The notes under the pieces: model-generated
The model's input: the letters and a program-made list of their open reading frames with translations, nothing else
Told to the model about the DNA's origin: nothing
Database searches by the model: none
Made by a program: the position numbers and the translations under genes
Shown: positions 1-36,800 of the stretch, in pieces
How positions within the stretch are numbered: position 1 is the stretch's first letter
How the letters are laid out: the number at the start of each line of letters is the position of its first letter
Assembly: GCA_963693365.1 (NCBI GenBank)
Contig: CAVNZM010000005.1
Span: 9,280,334-9,344,333 of the forward strand
DNA length: 64,000 nucleotides
Direction of reading: 5' to 3'
Source of the DNA: Amoebidium appalachense
Taxonomy: Eukaryota; Protista; Ichthyosporea

Positions 1-189
1 CGCTCCAAAAATCATGAAATTAACAATAATATACAAGCTTCCTTAACAAGCATATTCGTATGTGTATATGAGTAATAACAGAGAACTTCAAATGAAAAGG
101 TGGGCGAACCAATCGGCACGTGTGTGGGTATGTATGTATGCGCGCACCTCTGTATGGTGCATGTGTGTGCCCGTAAACATGTGTGCCTG

Positions 190-230
<41 letters not shown>

Positions 231-286
231 GATTAAGGGGTGGGTGGGGTCGGGGGGGGGGGGAGGGGGGGGGGGGGGGGGGTCGA

Positions 287-10810
<10,524 letters not shown>

Positions 10811-11149
10811 GTTGATGTTGTTGTTTTTAATTGTTACATACTCCTGGTCAAGTTTTGGCCCCTGTATGGCGTGAAAGGCACCTTGCGAGGAGCAAGAGAA
10901 CCAATGATCCTCTTTATTACGCCCTTTAGTGACTATAAATTCTCATCCAAGTTGTGTGCTTTATCGTTTCGAAGTGAACCAAACGTACTTGTTCGATGTG
11001 TGTGTTGTCTCGTTGCATGGGCTGGTGGGTTGAGTATGTGGTTTGTCTATGTTTATTAAACTTCCAGTTGCTTAAAGCTTCCTGCTGTTGCTTTGGTGTT
11101 ATGAGGCTCGGCAGAGGGTATACATTAGAATAGAGCGTTGGAAATTTCA

Positions 11150-12770
11150 CGTGTCTGCACCAGACCTTCCCCCGTAGCCCCGCGAAACTTCGGGCGCGCG
11201 CCGCGCGCGCCGCGCCGTTTCTGAGACTGATCGTGTCCGATTTCAAATTCAAAAATGGGCGCTCTTGCCTTTTATGGAAGTAAGTCCCTCATTATGGGAC
11301 GGGCAGGCAGATGAACTGCAGGCAGGCAGCGAGCAGCACGGGTTTTTACACTAACGTGTAGGCCTTTTGTCTCTATCTGAGTTTACTTTTGGCTTTCTGG
11401 CCTCCTTTGTGGGTAAGAGCAGGGGCAGCCCCGGGGCCTTCGGGCACTGCCGCCGGTGCTGGTGGCTGCTGCGGGCCGCGTCACGCCCACTCAGCATGGC
11501 GAGGCTCTGTTCGCTGAATGACGTCACGGCAAACTGAAACGCGCCCCCCTATTGGCTAGATTGTGTCACGACTCACGCTCACGACTCATTGAGTCACTGA
11601 CTGGCGAGCCACCGTTGCTCGCAAGGGGGCACGTGGTTGTAGACCGGGGCGCCTCATCGAAGGCATTTTGTGTGTACACAAGGGGCGGAAAGGAAAAAAA
11701 CCTATTTGGCTGCACAGTTTATGTTTTGAAAATGCAATGCGCTCTGCTCCTGTTATTGAAAGCAGCTGCCAGTGCTAGAGCAGCGGGACAAGCTTGCGGA
11801 ACTGATTTGGTATATGGGGTAGCTTGTACACGGTGGAATGCGGCTCACGTACCAACTGATGCCGACCGGATCCGGCGATGGCCATAATTCTAAGTAAACA
11901 AAAAAATAAAAAGGATTATTGCCATGGAATTGTATACTCTCAAAACGTAGTAATTTATCATAAATAACCAGAATTTGCATTACATTTTCTGGGCGAGCCT
12001 CGAAACGACTCTTGTTCTTGCAAGACTTGCACTTCGAAACTGCAGCTGCGCAGTGTTGGTTGAAATACCAGGTGCCAAAGTTAGCTGACGGTCAAGGCGC
12101 CAAATGATTGGCGAATCTAAATCGTTTGGAAGATTTTGGAGCCGCGGACCGTGCCCTTATCAGGCAAGTGCGTTCTGAACCTTTTTCTATTGGAAGTAGG
12201 TCACTTTGTGGGATTGGAGACGTGCTCTTTGGTGGCGCGAAAGGAGCCAATAGGAGCGCGCTTCATACCTTTTGATTTTTTGCCCAGGACGTGCTTACAC
12301 AGTGACACGACACATGCGTTTCTGTTTTGTGCCAACGTCACCTGTTTTTCTTGTTTTTCCCCCCCCTCAGTAGCTTCCCACCAAGCTTCTGATAGCGCGC
12401 TTTTTCCTGAATTTTTTCTCCAGAAAACATGGGATGAAAGGAGAAGAAGTGTGGCGGTAAACGGAATGGAGTTGGAGATCATTTTTGAAGCGTTGGATGG
12501 TAGATCGTAATTGTGAGGATGGTGTGTGTTTACATACGGCTATCAAGAGGTTTTTAAGGGCTCCAAGTGGAACGGAGTTCGTAGTTTTGACTTTCATAGG
12601 CGCACGTAAGAGCGGGCATAAAAAACTAACCTCCATATAGTAGTTTCCGTTGCATGCTTTTCTATTCGTATTATAAATCTAAAACAAAGCTGGTTCTGTA
12701 GAACAGTAAAAGGTCCTTCCTTGTATAGTGAGCTAATATCGTATTTCTGACCAGGTCATTGCACACTAAG
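11150..12770. promoter_or_regulatory. Putative divergent promoter region between lipase and Unkempt-like genes
   Basis: Microsatellite-free, CpG-containing stretch between head-to-head genes. CCAAT boxes (ATTGG 11551, 12107; CCAAT 12247), TGACGTCA 11519, TGAGTCA 11590, CCTTTTATGG 11268. A donor AG|GTAAGT at 12771 and the acceptor TTGCAG immediately before ATG 13151 suggest a 5'UTR intron. Motif function is inference. Confidence 0.45.
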
Positions 12771-13150
12771 GTAAGTCCGCGTCTTCGTCTTAGCTTCTAT
12801 TTATGTGTTTTAAATGAAAAGATTTTGTTGTGGCCGGTTAAGTAATTTGTTTGCAAAGCTTTGTCTTGTTATGCATAGAAAAGAACGTGTTGTGAAGCAT
12901 CTTGCTCGAGCCCTGCATGCTGCAGCCTTTCGCCTACTTTGCCCTTTACCCCTCTCTTTTTCTTTTGGTAGTTGTCTCGGCTGGACTTTTTTTCATGCGT
13001 CTATGGTTGACATGGTTGACAGGTCATTGTTTCTTGCTGTTGCAGAATACTTGGAAGCTAAGGGGTTTGGTGCTGCCTCGCTTGACCTTTCTGTTGGTGG
13101 TAAGAAACTCAGCAAGTCATATCAAGCTCACCCATTTTCCCTGTTTGCAG

Positions 13151-26185
<13,035 letters not shown>

Positions 26186-27121
26186 AAACCGCGTTTTGTG
26201 ATGAAAATTTCGGAATGCAACCACGTGTATCACGGTACATGGAAGTACGGTTGCTTTTGGAATACCGGTGATGGTTGGTAAAATACTGTAAATAACCAGC
26301 ATGGTTTATGAGATTGCAAGCAAAAAGTTTGCTATATTCTTGTTTTCTTATTTGTCTTCTCTCGGGAGAGGGTTAAAAAGATAAAAGTGAGTCATAGGGT
26401 TTAAATTTCTTAATGTTGTGTTGGGAAATAGGGAAACCTTGATGGTGGGCGTAATAGGAAATAGTGTTAGTGTGTCTGCATAGGAGAGCCTAAACATGCC
26501 TTTGTACTATATTTTTGAACCCCGAACATACCAATATTTAGTGGAAAGAAAAAAAATGAATATAATGATAGATGTATTTTGTTAGTATGTAGATAGATGT
26601 AAGCTTGTCTTTCCATGGCTCCCATCTATATATTTTGCATGCCCGTATGTGTGCGAATAATTTTTTATCTTTTCTTAATCCTGTGTTCTATACAGAAAAT
26701 TTTGTACCACTCATTATGCCGAATTTTTTATCGCTTTTGGATTGATCTGCTGGTACCCTAGTAGGCTGCGGGGCTTCCGATCTCTCTGTACATTTTATCT
26801 CTTTTTTTCTTTTGGTGTTTTTTAAAGGATATGTGTGTTGCAATGGGGATTATCTCGTCGTAGGTATATCCCAGGGCGTATCATCGTGTGTTGGGCTTGT
26901 GACTGTACAACCAAAGCCCAAAACTTCACGCATGTGGGGTTGGACATGGCTTGAGGGCACGAGAAGAAAAGGATAATAAATATGCGTATTTTCATGTTCT
27001 GTCCGTGTTAACGTTTACTAGGGTCACTCAGGATCCATCCCCTCTCTCCCCCTCCCCGCCTCCCCCCTCCGCCACCACCACCACCACTACCACCAACCCA
27101 CCCACATATGTCCACACGTCT

Positions 27122-27163
<42 letters not shown>

Positions 27164-27712
27164 AAAATCCCCGATCCCCAATACACACTCGCCTGGCCTT
27201 CCCCGTCCCCCTTTTTTCCATCTGGAACATGTTGCAAAAAATCTTACCTGAGATGCCTCCTTCGCCTCCCTCTCCCCTCCTCTCCAAAAAAGAAAGAAAG
27301 AATAAAAAAGGATTTTTGAAAAACCATAATTAACTTATCACTTGAAAAAGTTAAATGGAACAACTTGTGACCCATTCCCGCCCTTTGCTTTGCAACTGTA
27401 CTCCCCCCAAAACTAAACGCACACGCATGCCAGCCTGCTTACTCCATAATGTGCACACGAATATATATCATCGTGCACTCTTGTGTTAACGTAATGTGTT
27501 GACCTGGCATGGGCACGATTCTGTCCAGTAAACTCAGATCGAAATCTTGGCTCCGTGCGAAAAACTGAGCAACGGCCAACAACCACTTTGTCATGATCGT
27601 GTGTGTGCAATAGCTGTACGATTCTTTACAGTAGGTATATATATATCTTACATACATGTGCTAACGTCACTGAGCTTTTTCTTCCCCACCGAATTTGAAT
27701 TGGCATTGTATT

Positions 27713-27750
<38 letters not shown>

Positions 27751-27852
27751 TTCGACAACCACCATCATCACTACCACCTGACCACCACCACCACCACTAC
27801 CGGTACACCCACCGACCACTTTCCACCACAACAGGCAATCAGCACAACCAAC

Positions 27853-27884
<32 letters not shown>

Positions 27885-28992
27885 ACCCTACCAACACCCC
27901 CACCAACCCTCACCCGCCACCGGGCTGGGGAGGGAGGGAAGCGGGGGGAGCGGCCCTGCAAGTCCCTCGAGCTCCTAGCCTCCCCCCCCTCTCTGTACCC
28001 CCCCCCCCCCCCCCCCTCCCCTCCCCCCTCGAAGTCTCTCTCTCTCTCTCTCCCTCCCCCCCTCCCCCCCCCCCCCCCCCCCCCCCCCACCCGCCACCCC
28101 CACCCCACCCCCCACGGCCCCTTCGAGCTCCCTAAGGCTCCCTTTAACCCTCTTCACAACGGTTCCGTATTCACTAGACTGGTCTACCGGATTCTCCCAA
28201 TCATATATGATGCCTTGTGACTGGCAAGCATCGAAAAGGTGTCCCAGATACCAGGTAAGCCAGGTCTCTTTTGTGGTTTGCAAACACATGTTCAGAAGTA
28301 CGCCCTAATAGTTTGTGTATTGGGGCTGACCAACCAGATACCACAGGAATACATTCCTTGCAATTCTTGAAAACTGTGACATAGGTTATGAATATTATCC
28401 GTTAAAAGATTCGTGTCGGGTGGTTCAGCCACTGGCACGGTCCTTATTTGACGCTACCAGTGCAAGTACAACATGTAGTTTCCCCAGAACACAGGTTGAG
28501 GTATTTATCGCCATACATGGGACAGCAGGGCTACCAAATTTGGAAAGTGTGTTCGGCAGGCAGTGGTGGTCTCTATAAAGTTTGTAACTGGCTGGTAACA
28601 GAAACTGGCCCCTCAAAACATCCACGACTATCATGCTTAACCGCATAAAATGCGCCCTATTCTAACTTGATTCTGAAAGGAAATTGTTATAACCATGTAT
28701 CCCCCCCCCCCCCCCCCCCCCCGGGCACCGCCACCGATGCCCAGTCTCCGAACCCCAGGGAATGACGAATGACGGGGGAGTCTGGTGTACAACGCATATG
28801 GTGTGCTCACAGAAGTGTGTGTGTGGGCATTTCAAGGAAGAGAAGAGAAGTGGAAGGAAGAGGTAAAGGAGGCTGAAGATTTGAAGGATGGGGAGGAAGA
28901 AAGAAGCATAACGCACAAAGCACAAACGAAGGGAACTATACAGAAATGTATCTGCATATCACAATGCTCGCGCCTCTAAGGGCCCGAGGGTG

Positions 28993-29043
<51 letters not shown>

Positions 29044-29055
29044 TTTGTGTGTGTT

Positions 29056-29088
<33 letters not shown>

Positions 29089-29124
29089 CCGTGCGTGTGC
29101 GTGCCTGTGTGCGTGCGCGCGCGC

Positions 29125-29156
<32 letters not shown>

Positions 29157-29183
29157 CTGTGTGTATCTGTCTGTCTGTCTATC

Positions 29184-29223
<40 letters not shown>

Positions 29224-29934
29224 CGTGTGTGTGCGTGCGTGTGTGTTTAGAAAGGTGTGTGTGTTTAGAAAGGTGTGTGTGTGTGTGTGGGGAGGGGGGA
29301 GGGGGGGGGGGGAAGGGCAAGGGAGAGGGCTAAAAACATATGTAAAGAAGAGAAGGGGAGGAGGGGGGGGGGGGGGGGGGGGGGGATGGGGGCTTTGAGT
29401 CAGGAATAGCCTGCATTCTATTTATTAACCCATAGGCCTTTTTTGCCACCTGAGACTCACGAACTGACGAGACTCCAAAAAATGCGAAAAATGGTACAGA
29501 ACGTTGTTATACAAGAGCAACTTCCGACAACACCGTACAGAGTCGATGTGTATGCCCGCTCACAACGCTCATTCTAAATTCAGTTAAGTCGTTCAATGCT
29601 CGAGGGCACAGTAAACAACACTAACAAAACTTCTGTTCCTAGCCCAAATAAGTGTGATTATACTAGTTCATTGCTAAAACTACTTCGGCAATTTATCTCT
29701 TACACAAGCAAACATACAGGTGCAGTCAAGTCGATGCATTCCAGCATCACATACTCCGTCAAACATTCACTTAACTATACATTTTGTTAGAGACAGTAAG
29801 ACCAAAAGGTGGGCACGTTTAACAGTGTTGGACGCCGGACTCTACAAAAAAGTACAAGGGGAAGTGACTCGGATGCCAGCGGGAATACCACTAAGGAGGA
29901 GGATCCTTCTGCTATCTTTTCAACAGTAAATAAC

Positions 29935-29968
<34 letters not shown>

Positions 29969-30184
29969 CCACCCAATTTCAGGTACTCTGTGCACTAGCA
30001 TGTGTTCCCTGTATCCATTCATTCAAGAGTCTAGGTACGCTCGGCAAATTTTTCAACAGTTTGGAGCTCGCACTTCGGAAATACGATCGAGGTACGAGAA
30101 AAAATTTATGATTGCCGTGAAATTTTCTCAACGGCTGGCGTGCACACATATATCTCACTCCCATTCACACGGATGTTTACTCAC

Positions 30185-30523
30185 TCATTCAGGATTCGGT
30201 ACGTGTGCGTGCTGTTTCATGAAGTGGAGGAAAAGTTTCTTCAGCACAAAGCAATGCAACGCCTCGTCTCCCTCCTTGATTGGGTCCAGCTGTGGTTTGT
30301 ACGACTGTAGCGTGCACTTCGGCCTATACAGAACCATGTTATTGCGTTGACATCTTTGCTTGGAGCAATCAGGTAGCTCCGGTAACCTTTCTTTCGTTTC
30401 ACGCGCAAGTTTATCAGCCGCTGACAGGTACGCGTTGTATGGGTCGGCCTTGAGTTTTTTGGGTACCTCTGAAAGGTCCCCACTTACCCAGCAGCTTGGT
30501 TTTGGTGGCTGTGGTGCTGTCAT
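30185..30523 (-). CDS. Possible short coding segment of unknown function (112-aa ORF, or exon of an unresolved gene)
   Basis: Non-repetitive ATG-initiated ORF with protein-like composition. No family recognised. Confidence 0.25.
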   Translation of the reverse strand: MTAPQPPKPSCWVSGDLSEVPKKLKADPYNAYLSAADKLARETKERLPELPDCSKQRCQRNNMVLYRPKCTLQSYKPQLDPIKEGDEALHCFVLKKLFLHFMKQHAHVPNPE

Positions 30524-32232
30524 TTTGAGATTTTCTCGAAAGAATTACAGGATCTCAGGTGTTATTCATCTATCACAAGCTTGAAAATTGGACGTGTGCT
30601 GGCTAACATGGACTGGGAGGAAATGGGGTATTGAACCCCTGGGTCCAAGGGCACAATCACTGTAGGTTTAAAAAAAAAAAAAAATCCAGTGTGAGCTCTT
30701 TCTAGTAGTCTATTTTTTGCCGGGTGACGTTTTCTGCTCTTCTCAAAAAAATGGGAGGCACATGCCCAGAAGCTATTTTCTCGTTTTACGAGATTATGAG
30801 AGGCTTGTTACAAGGCTCACACGCACTGCGCAAGTAAAAATGCTTGCCTGTCAACGTTAGAATAACCTGCTACTAAACTCAAGGAAAATACAGTGGTAGT
30901 GCTTATGAACTTCACTTATTAGTTTCTGAAATAACTGAAACGTGCTGGAGTGGAACACAGCAAAAACATATCGCAAAAACGACGAACCTTGTTTCACAGA
31001 TCATCGCTTATATATCAAAGATCCTTCTGGATTTACCAATGGCACATTTCGGTAATATTAATGCATGATTTCTAGCTGTTGATTGGATAACAATTGCTTG
31101 TGGTGGATCACGGTCTGACGGTCAGACGATGACTGAATTCTCGATATGCCGCAGTCGCGGCAAGCAGAAAGCACCACAAGCAACCCAACAGGTGATTATG
31201 GCGAAAGGATATACCAATTATTTGAATAAAAATTTATAATATTCATTGCGGCTAGTATTCGGATACAGTAAGTAGTGCACGCATCGCCTTCCCCCAAGCA
31301 CATACCATTAGTCACGCCATCCAATCAAATTGTACTTTTATGATTTGCTGTAACCGTTTTATAAGCCATTACGTCACAGCACTACGTCACTGAAAAATCG
31401 TAAACACGACGTACTGGCGAAGGCTTTCTTTTGTAAATAAAGATAAGATAAAAAAAAGCTACAGTACACACCATAAGCTTTCTTGTGCACTTCTAATACT
31501 CTATGAATAGTGTAATAAATGGACAACACTACAAGAAAAACGAGCAACAAATCGGTGAAACTGACATGCATGAATCGGCTTGAAATAATGGAACTTACCT
31601 GATTCGGGATTCCTCCTGTCATCTGTGCACTGGTTCATGCTGTTAGCATATGTGGCACGCCCTTTGGAAGTTGCACAAAACGGGGATGAGGGCGGGGGGG
31701 GGGGGGGAGGGGGGGGGGGGGGAGAGGGGGGAGGGGAGGGGGGGGGTTGGCTATGAGGGAGGTGGGGGGAGAGGGGGGGGGGGGGGGCTGGGGGGCTACA
31801 ATAGTAGCTGAGGGACCTGCTCACGCATTAATTGCACCAAGCCTCTGCTGTACATGTGTGCAAGTGTCTGCGTGACCTAATTTTCACAAACGAACCACCT
31901 GGTTCAGCTAGAATGGGCTAATTTGTACTCTAAGTAGTAGTAAAGGTAAATGTGTGTTAGCTTAGCTGATTGCACCACTGGCAAAGGCGTACTCATATAC
32001 GTGTAGCTAGCCTAAGGTTACAGTCTATGCTTAGCGGACTGAGACAGTTGTTCCCATGACGGGCCCCGTAGGTTCTCTTTCAGGGACAAAACAGATAAAC
32101 TAAAAAAAAACCTTGAAAATCTAGAAGTTTGTGATGTCGCAAGAGATCTCGACAGGTTCTGCCGTGCCTCTATGACGAGAGAGTCTGCACACATGACACA
32201 CACACACACGCACACACACACGCACACAAACA

Positions 32233-32292
<60 letters not shown>

Positions 32293-32818
32293 TACACACA
32301 CACACAGAGTGAGGGGGAGGGGGGAGGGGGGGGGGGAGGGGGGGGGGGGAAGGGGGGAGGGAAGTATAAAATATCAAGGGCCTCCTTCTCTACCCCTCCC
32401 CCTCTCCCTTCCTCCTCCTCCGCCTCTCTCCGCTCTTCCTCCCCACACCACCCCCAAGGTAACCATGGGGGTTGTGGGTCCGACTGGGCAACCCCGGCCC
32501 CCTCTACCAGGTAGAGATGACGGCCCCCACATATAGTTAGATGGGTGAAATCCCCCCTTCGGTGACTTTCACAGCAACGATGTCGTGCTCACTGTGTGTA
32601 AGAGACAGTGTGTGTATGTGGGTGTGAGTGCGCGTACATGCATGTGTGTATTATGTGTGGGCCGGAGTCTCTAGAGCTCTCTTTATGTGTGTGGCAATGT
32701 ACATGTGTGTGATCCAACTGGGCCTCCGGCGCATATATATGGGTTGCCGTATGTGAGAGGTCGTCTTGTTTTGACTGCCAGACTTTAAGGTGCAATAGCC
32801 TACGGTAATACAGGCATT

Positions 32819-33278
32819 TGTGCTTTGTGTGTGTGCCGGGTGTGTTTATGTTTGTGTGTGTGTGTGTGTGTGTTGTGTGTGTGTGTGTATTTGCACGATG
32901 TGTGCATGTGCCCGTTCTCGCACTTGTGCTTTTTAAGTGTGTGTGTGTGTTTCACCCTAGGTGTGCCTAATAGTGCCTGCTTCAATGATTCTAGCGCTTA
33001 CGTGTGTGTGTGCGTGTGTGTGTGTACATCATTGTGTGTGTGTATGTGCTTTGTGTGTGTGCCGGGTGTGTTTATGTTTGTGCGTGTGTGTGTGTGAGTG
33101 CTGTGTGTGTGTGTGTATTTGCACGATGTGTGCATGTGCCCGTTCTCGCACTTGTGCTTTATAAGCGTGTGTGTGTGTGTTTCACCCTAGGTGTGCCTAA
33201 TAGTGCCTGCTTCAATGATTCTAGCGCGTACGTGTGTGTGTGCATGTGTGTGTGTACATCATTGTGTGTGTGTATGTG
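32819..33278. repeat. ~230-bp tandem duplication embedded in GT-rich sequence
   Basis: gccgggtgtgtttatg..ttgcacgatgtgtgcatgtgcccgttctcgcac..ttcaccctaggtgtgcctaatagtgcctgcttcaatgattctagcgc occurs twice. Confidence 0.85.
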
Positions 33279-33351
33279 TGCGTGTGTGTGCGTGCGTGCG
33301 TGCGTGCGCGTCTGTGTGTGTGTGCGTGTGTGCGTTTGTGCGTGTGTGCTC

Positions 33352-33384
<33 letters not shown>

Positions 33385-34138
33385 CGTGCGCGTGTGTGTG
33401 TGTGCTTGTGTGTATGTACGTTTGAGTGTGTGTGCTCATATGCGTGCGCGTTTCACAATGTTTGGGTACGTCAAAGTGTGAATGTTCCTGTTGCTGGCAA
33501 TGCATGCATGCAGGGCCACACATGTGCTTGAGAAAGAGATAGAGAAGGTATGGAGATGGGGAGATTGGGGAGAACCACCACCACACACAAACACAGTACA
33601 CCACTACAACCACGCCACCACCACACACACACATCACCATCGAGAGACGGGGAAATGGAAAGTGAAAGTGGGAGGCGAAAAGAGCCTCGAAGGAAGTGTT
33701 AGAGCATGGAAATCCGAACCTGTGTGTGTGTGTGCAGGCCCCTTGAGAACCTACTCAGTGAGTGTGCATGAACTTCGTGGACGATCGTTTTGGTAGCCTG
33801 GTGAGAGAACCCAAAAGGGTTAAAGGGGGGAGGGGGGAGGAGGGGGAGGGGGAGGGGAAAAAAGGTGGGGGGGGAGGGGGGGGGGTCTCTGCCCGCGTTG
33901 CCGGTATCTGGCAGCACATATCACACAGTGTGTGTAATTGTACGTCACGTTGACTACCTCGGTTGGTGGGTGGGATGTGTATGCCCCACTATTGTTGTGT
34001 GCAGTGTTGAAATTCAGAGAAAAGGAACCGGCCACGTTGTGCCACACCCTGCACACGTGTACATAGTACATATGTATGCATGTGTAATGCTATTATGCCC
34101 GTCTGTGTGAATCTCTTTTAGAGGGTTTGCACGTGTAC

Positions 34139-34182
<44 letters not shown>

Positions 34183-34183
34183 G

Positions 34184-34234
<51 letters not shown>

Positions 34235-34309
34235 TGAGTGAGTGACTGTGTGTGTGTGTGTACATGTGTCTGTGTGTGTGTGTGTTTGTGTGTGTGTGCC
34301 ACGGTGCGC

Positions 34310-34340
<31 letters not shown>

Positions 34341-34635
34341 TATCTGCGCGTCTGTCCGTGTGTGTGCATGCGCACACTAGCCCTAGTCACTGAGTTACAT
34401 GGGTGTGCCTGTTCTGAGATGCAAGTTCCTGAGCAGACAAGTATCAATTATGCTACAATGACTCCATGAAGAACTGGGGATCCTCCCTCTCCCTCCCCCT
34501 CCCTCCCTACTCCTCCCCCCCTTCCCGGGCCCCCTCCCCCCCCCCCCCCCCTCCCCCCGTTGTTATACCGATCAGGCTATGCGTGGGGGTAGTGCACATG
34601 ACTCATGACCCACCCCTCGCCTAGCGAGGTCTGAG

Positions 34636-34672
<37 letters not shown>

Positions 34673-34852
34673 ACACACACACACAACTCCCACTCCCCCA
34701 CCCTCACCCCTGCACCATTTCCCCCTCCAGTTTCAGAAGTACTATGTGCTATATGCTTGGGTTGAACCAGGTTCTGGTCCAGGTGTTTAAGAACTGTAGA
34801 ACAGTAGAATCAAACGAATGAACAGTTAGCCCACGGATTCCGAGCTTTAGGT

Positions 34853-34912
<60 letters not shown>

Positions 34913-34939
34913 GGGGGGAGGGGAGGGGGAGGGGGGAGG

Positions 34940-34971
<32 letters not shown>

Positions 34972-35371
34972 AATAGGAAGAGGAGGAGGTCACGGTAACG
35001 CAGAGCCAGAAGCAGAACTGAGCAGTGGGCCTTCTTTCTTCAGAGTTTCTATCCGCTCAGAAATGCAGCACAGGTTTTCGAGTCCGGATCTCCATAGCAA
35101 CAAACAAGCCCTACGGCTTTCGAAGGGCCTGGATTCCGGTCTGCTTTCTACTCAATACACTGCACATTCATGGCTTGCAACAAGTTGATCAACGTTTATG
35201 TTTCTGGGCCGTTCGAGAAGAAACGGCAAAAGCAAGGGTCTCGGAGCAATTAGGCTGTTATGATCCCGATGCATTCATGTATGTATTTTGCAGTTTTGTC
35301 ACTCGTTGCATATTCACCGTGTTATTGGCATGAACTTCAAGAGAGAAATAAATATTTCTAGCTACTACTAG

Positions 35372-35427
<56 letters not shown>

Positions 35428-35989
35428 TGTGCGTGCGTGCGTGCGTGTGTACACGCATGTGCGTGCAATGGACGTCGGATATTAAGCGCAGGATCCACAG
35501 CTGGGCAAACACCAGCTGGCAACATCATCCGCTCCTCTGCACATTCGAATATAACCATGTTCTGTACTAATGTATTTGTATTTTAGCTCATTGCCAACCT
35601 TTGCCAAATGTCACCAAATGCCTGATCCCTCGAGCGTGCGTATCCTAAAGCCAGATCTTCAAGCTCACGTGCTGTGCGTGTGCTCCGAGCTCAGGCTATC
35701 ATATGCCGATCAATGTCAACTATGCAACTGCAGGTACAGGTATGCTGTTGTGGCACACTGTTCTGTGTGTGCCCGATTGTTGTGCTGCCTTTGGTCCAAA
35801 ATTTTAGGCCACCTACTCGTTGACATTTCGAAATACATGTGCTTGTGTCTGAACACAGTGTCACACACAGCATACACAACTGACAGCAACAGTTTATGGA
35901 CCACCCTAAATGCCCCAGTCTAGAGCACTCACAACAGAGCACGCCACGGCTGTGTGGTGTGCACGGTGCGGTCAAGAGCCACCATGACC

Positions 35990-36800
35990 TAAGCGTGTGA
36001 TGATTGGATAAATAGATCTACATTCTGAGTTTGACAAACCGGGAAGCCGCTGATTGGATGCTGCTATCATTCCAAAAGACCCAATCGAATGCGAGTGCCC
36101 GATATCGATAAAAAAGCTATAGAGTAAATTTTGTAACACTACATAGTCTGTGGGGCATCAAGACAAAACTGAACTGTGAGCAAAAAGCCTGCAAAACTGA
36201 AAAACGCCTTAGTATGTATTAACAATATCTTCAGTGATAAACTACCGATATGAGTTTCTTTCAGCCATGTGCATGCATATATATGCATATATATGTGGGG
36301 TATGTATACGTAGCCCATAGCCACATAATGTAACGTAGCACATGAATATTAATATCCAACCCGGCCCGCGCAAAAGTAGTGGACAGCTACCAAGCATAGG
36401 CTCTGCGGGCTCTGCATGCGCCAAACCAGCAAACTGTGCAACATACACCACAAAGCTCGTGCATGAAACGGTGGTGGTGTCACTGGTGTGGCATGACGCA
36501 GGCAGGGTTTGAAAGGATGACGTGAGAGCATTTTGCCGGCGCCGCCATCCGCACGGGATTCCTAGGTAGCCAATCAGCGGTGGCCACGCCTCATGACAGA
36601 TGGCGAAGGATCTATTCTGAAGATCGCATAGATTCGTTTCGATTGGATGCGAAAAAGTTACGGTTCCAGGATTTGATCTAGGATTCGCGTCAGCATTATG
36701 TAAATGATATTATTGGATAAATGTCATGGATGTGGTTAATTTAGGTGACATGACGCAACAATTGTGCGGGCAATGCCCGCGGGCAGGTTCCCGATATAAA
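35990..36800. promoter_or_regulatory. CCAAT-box-dense promoter-like island; associated gene not resolved
   Basis: ATTGG/CCAAT at ~36003, 36053, 36082, 36570, 36642 and 36712 in repeat-free sequence. Confidence 0.3.

Noticed and set aside
12902-13150. Hydrophobic N-terminal extension of the 401-aa ORF
   Set aside because: It starts at a non-ATG codon and lies between a GTAAGT donor (12771) and a TTGCAG acceptor directly before ATG 13151, so it is most simply a 5'UTR intron.
30600-30685. tRNA or tRNA-derived SINE (minus-strand GGGGTTCAATACCCC)
   Set aside because: Only a T-arm-like hairpin; no acceptor stem, D arm or anticodon arm.
32050-32200. LINE-like C-terminal peptide before a (CA)n tract
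   Set aside because: Short, bounded by stops, with no diagnostic motif or TSD.
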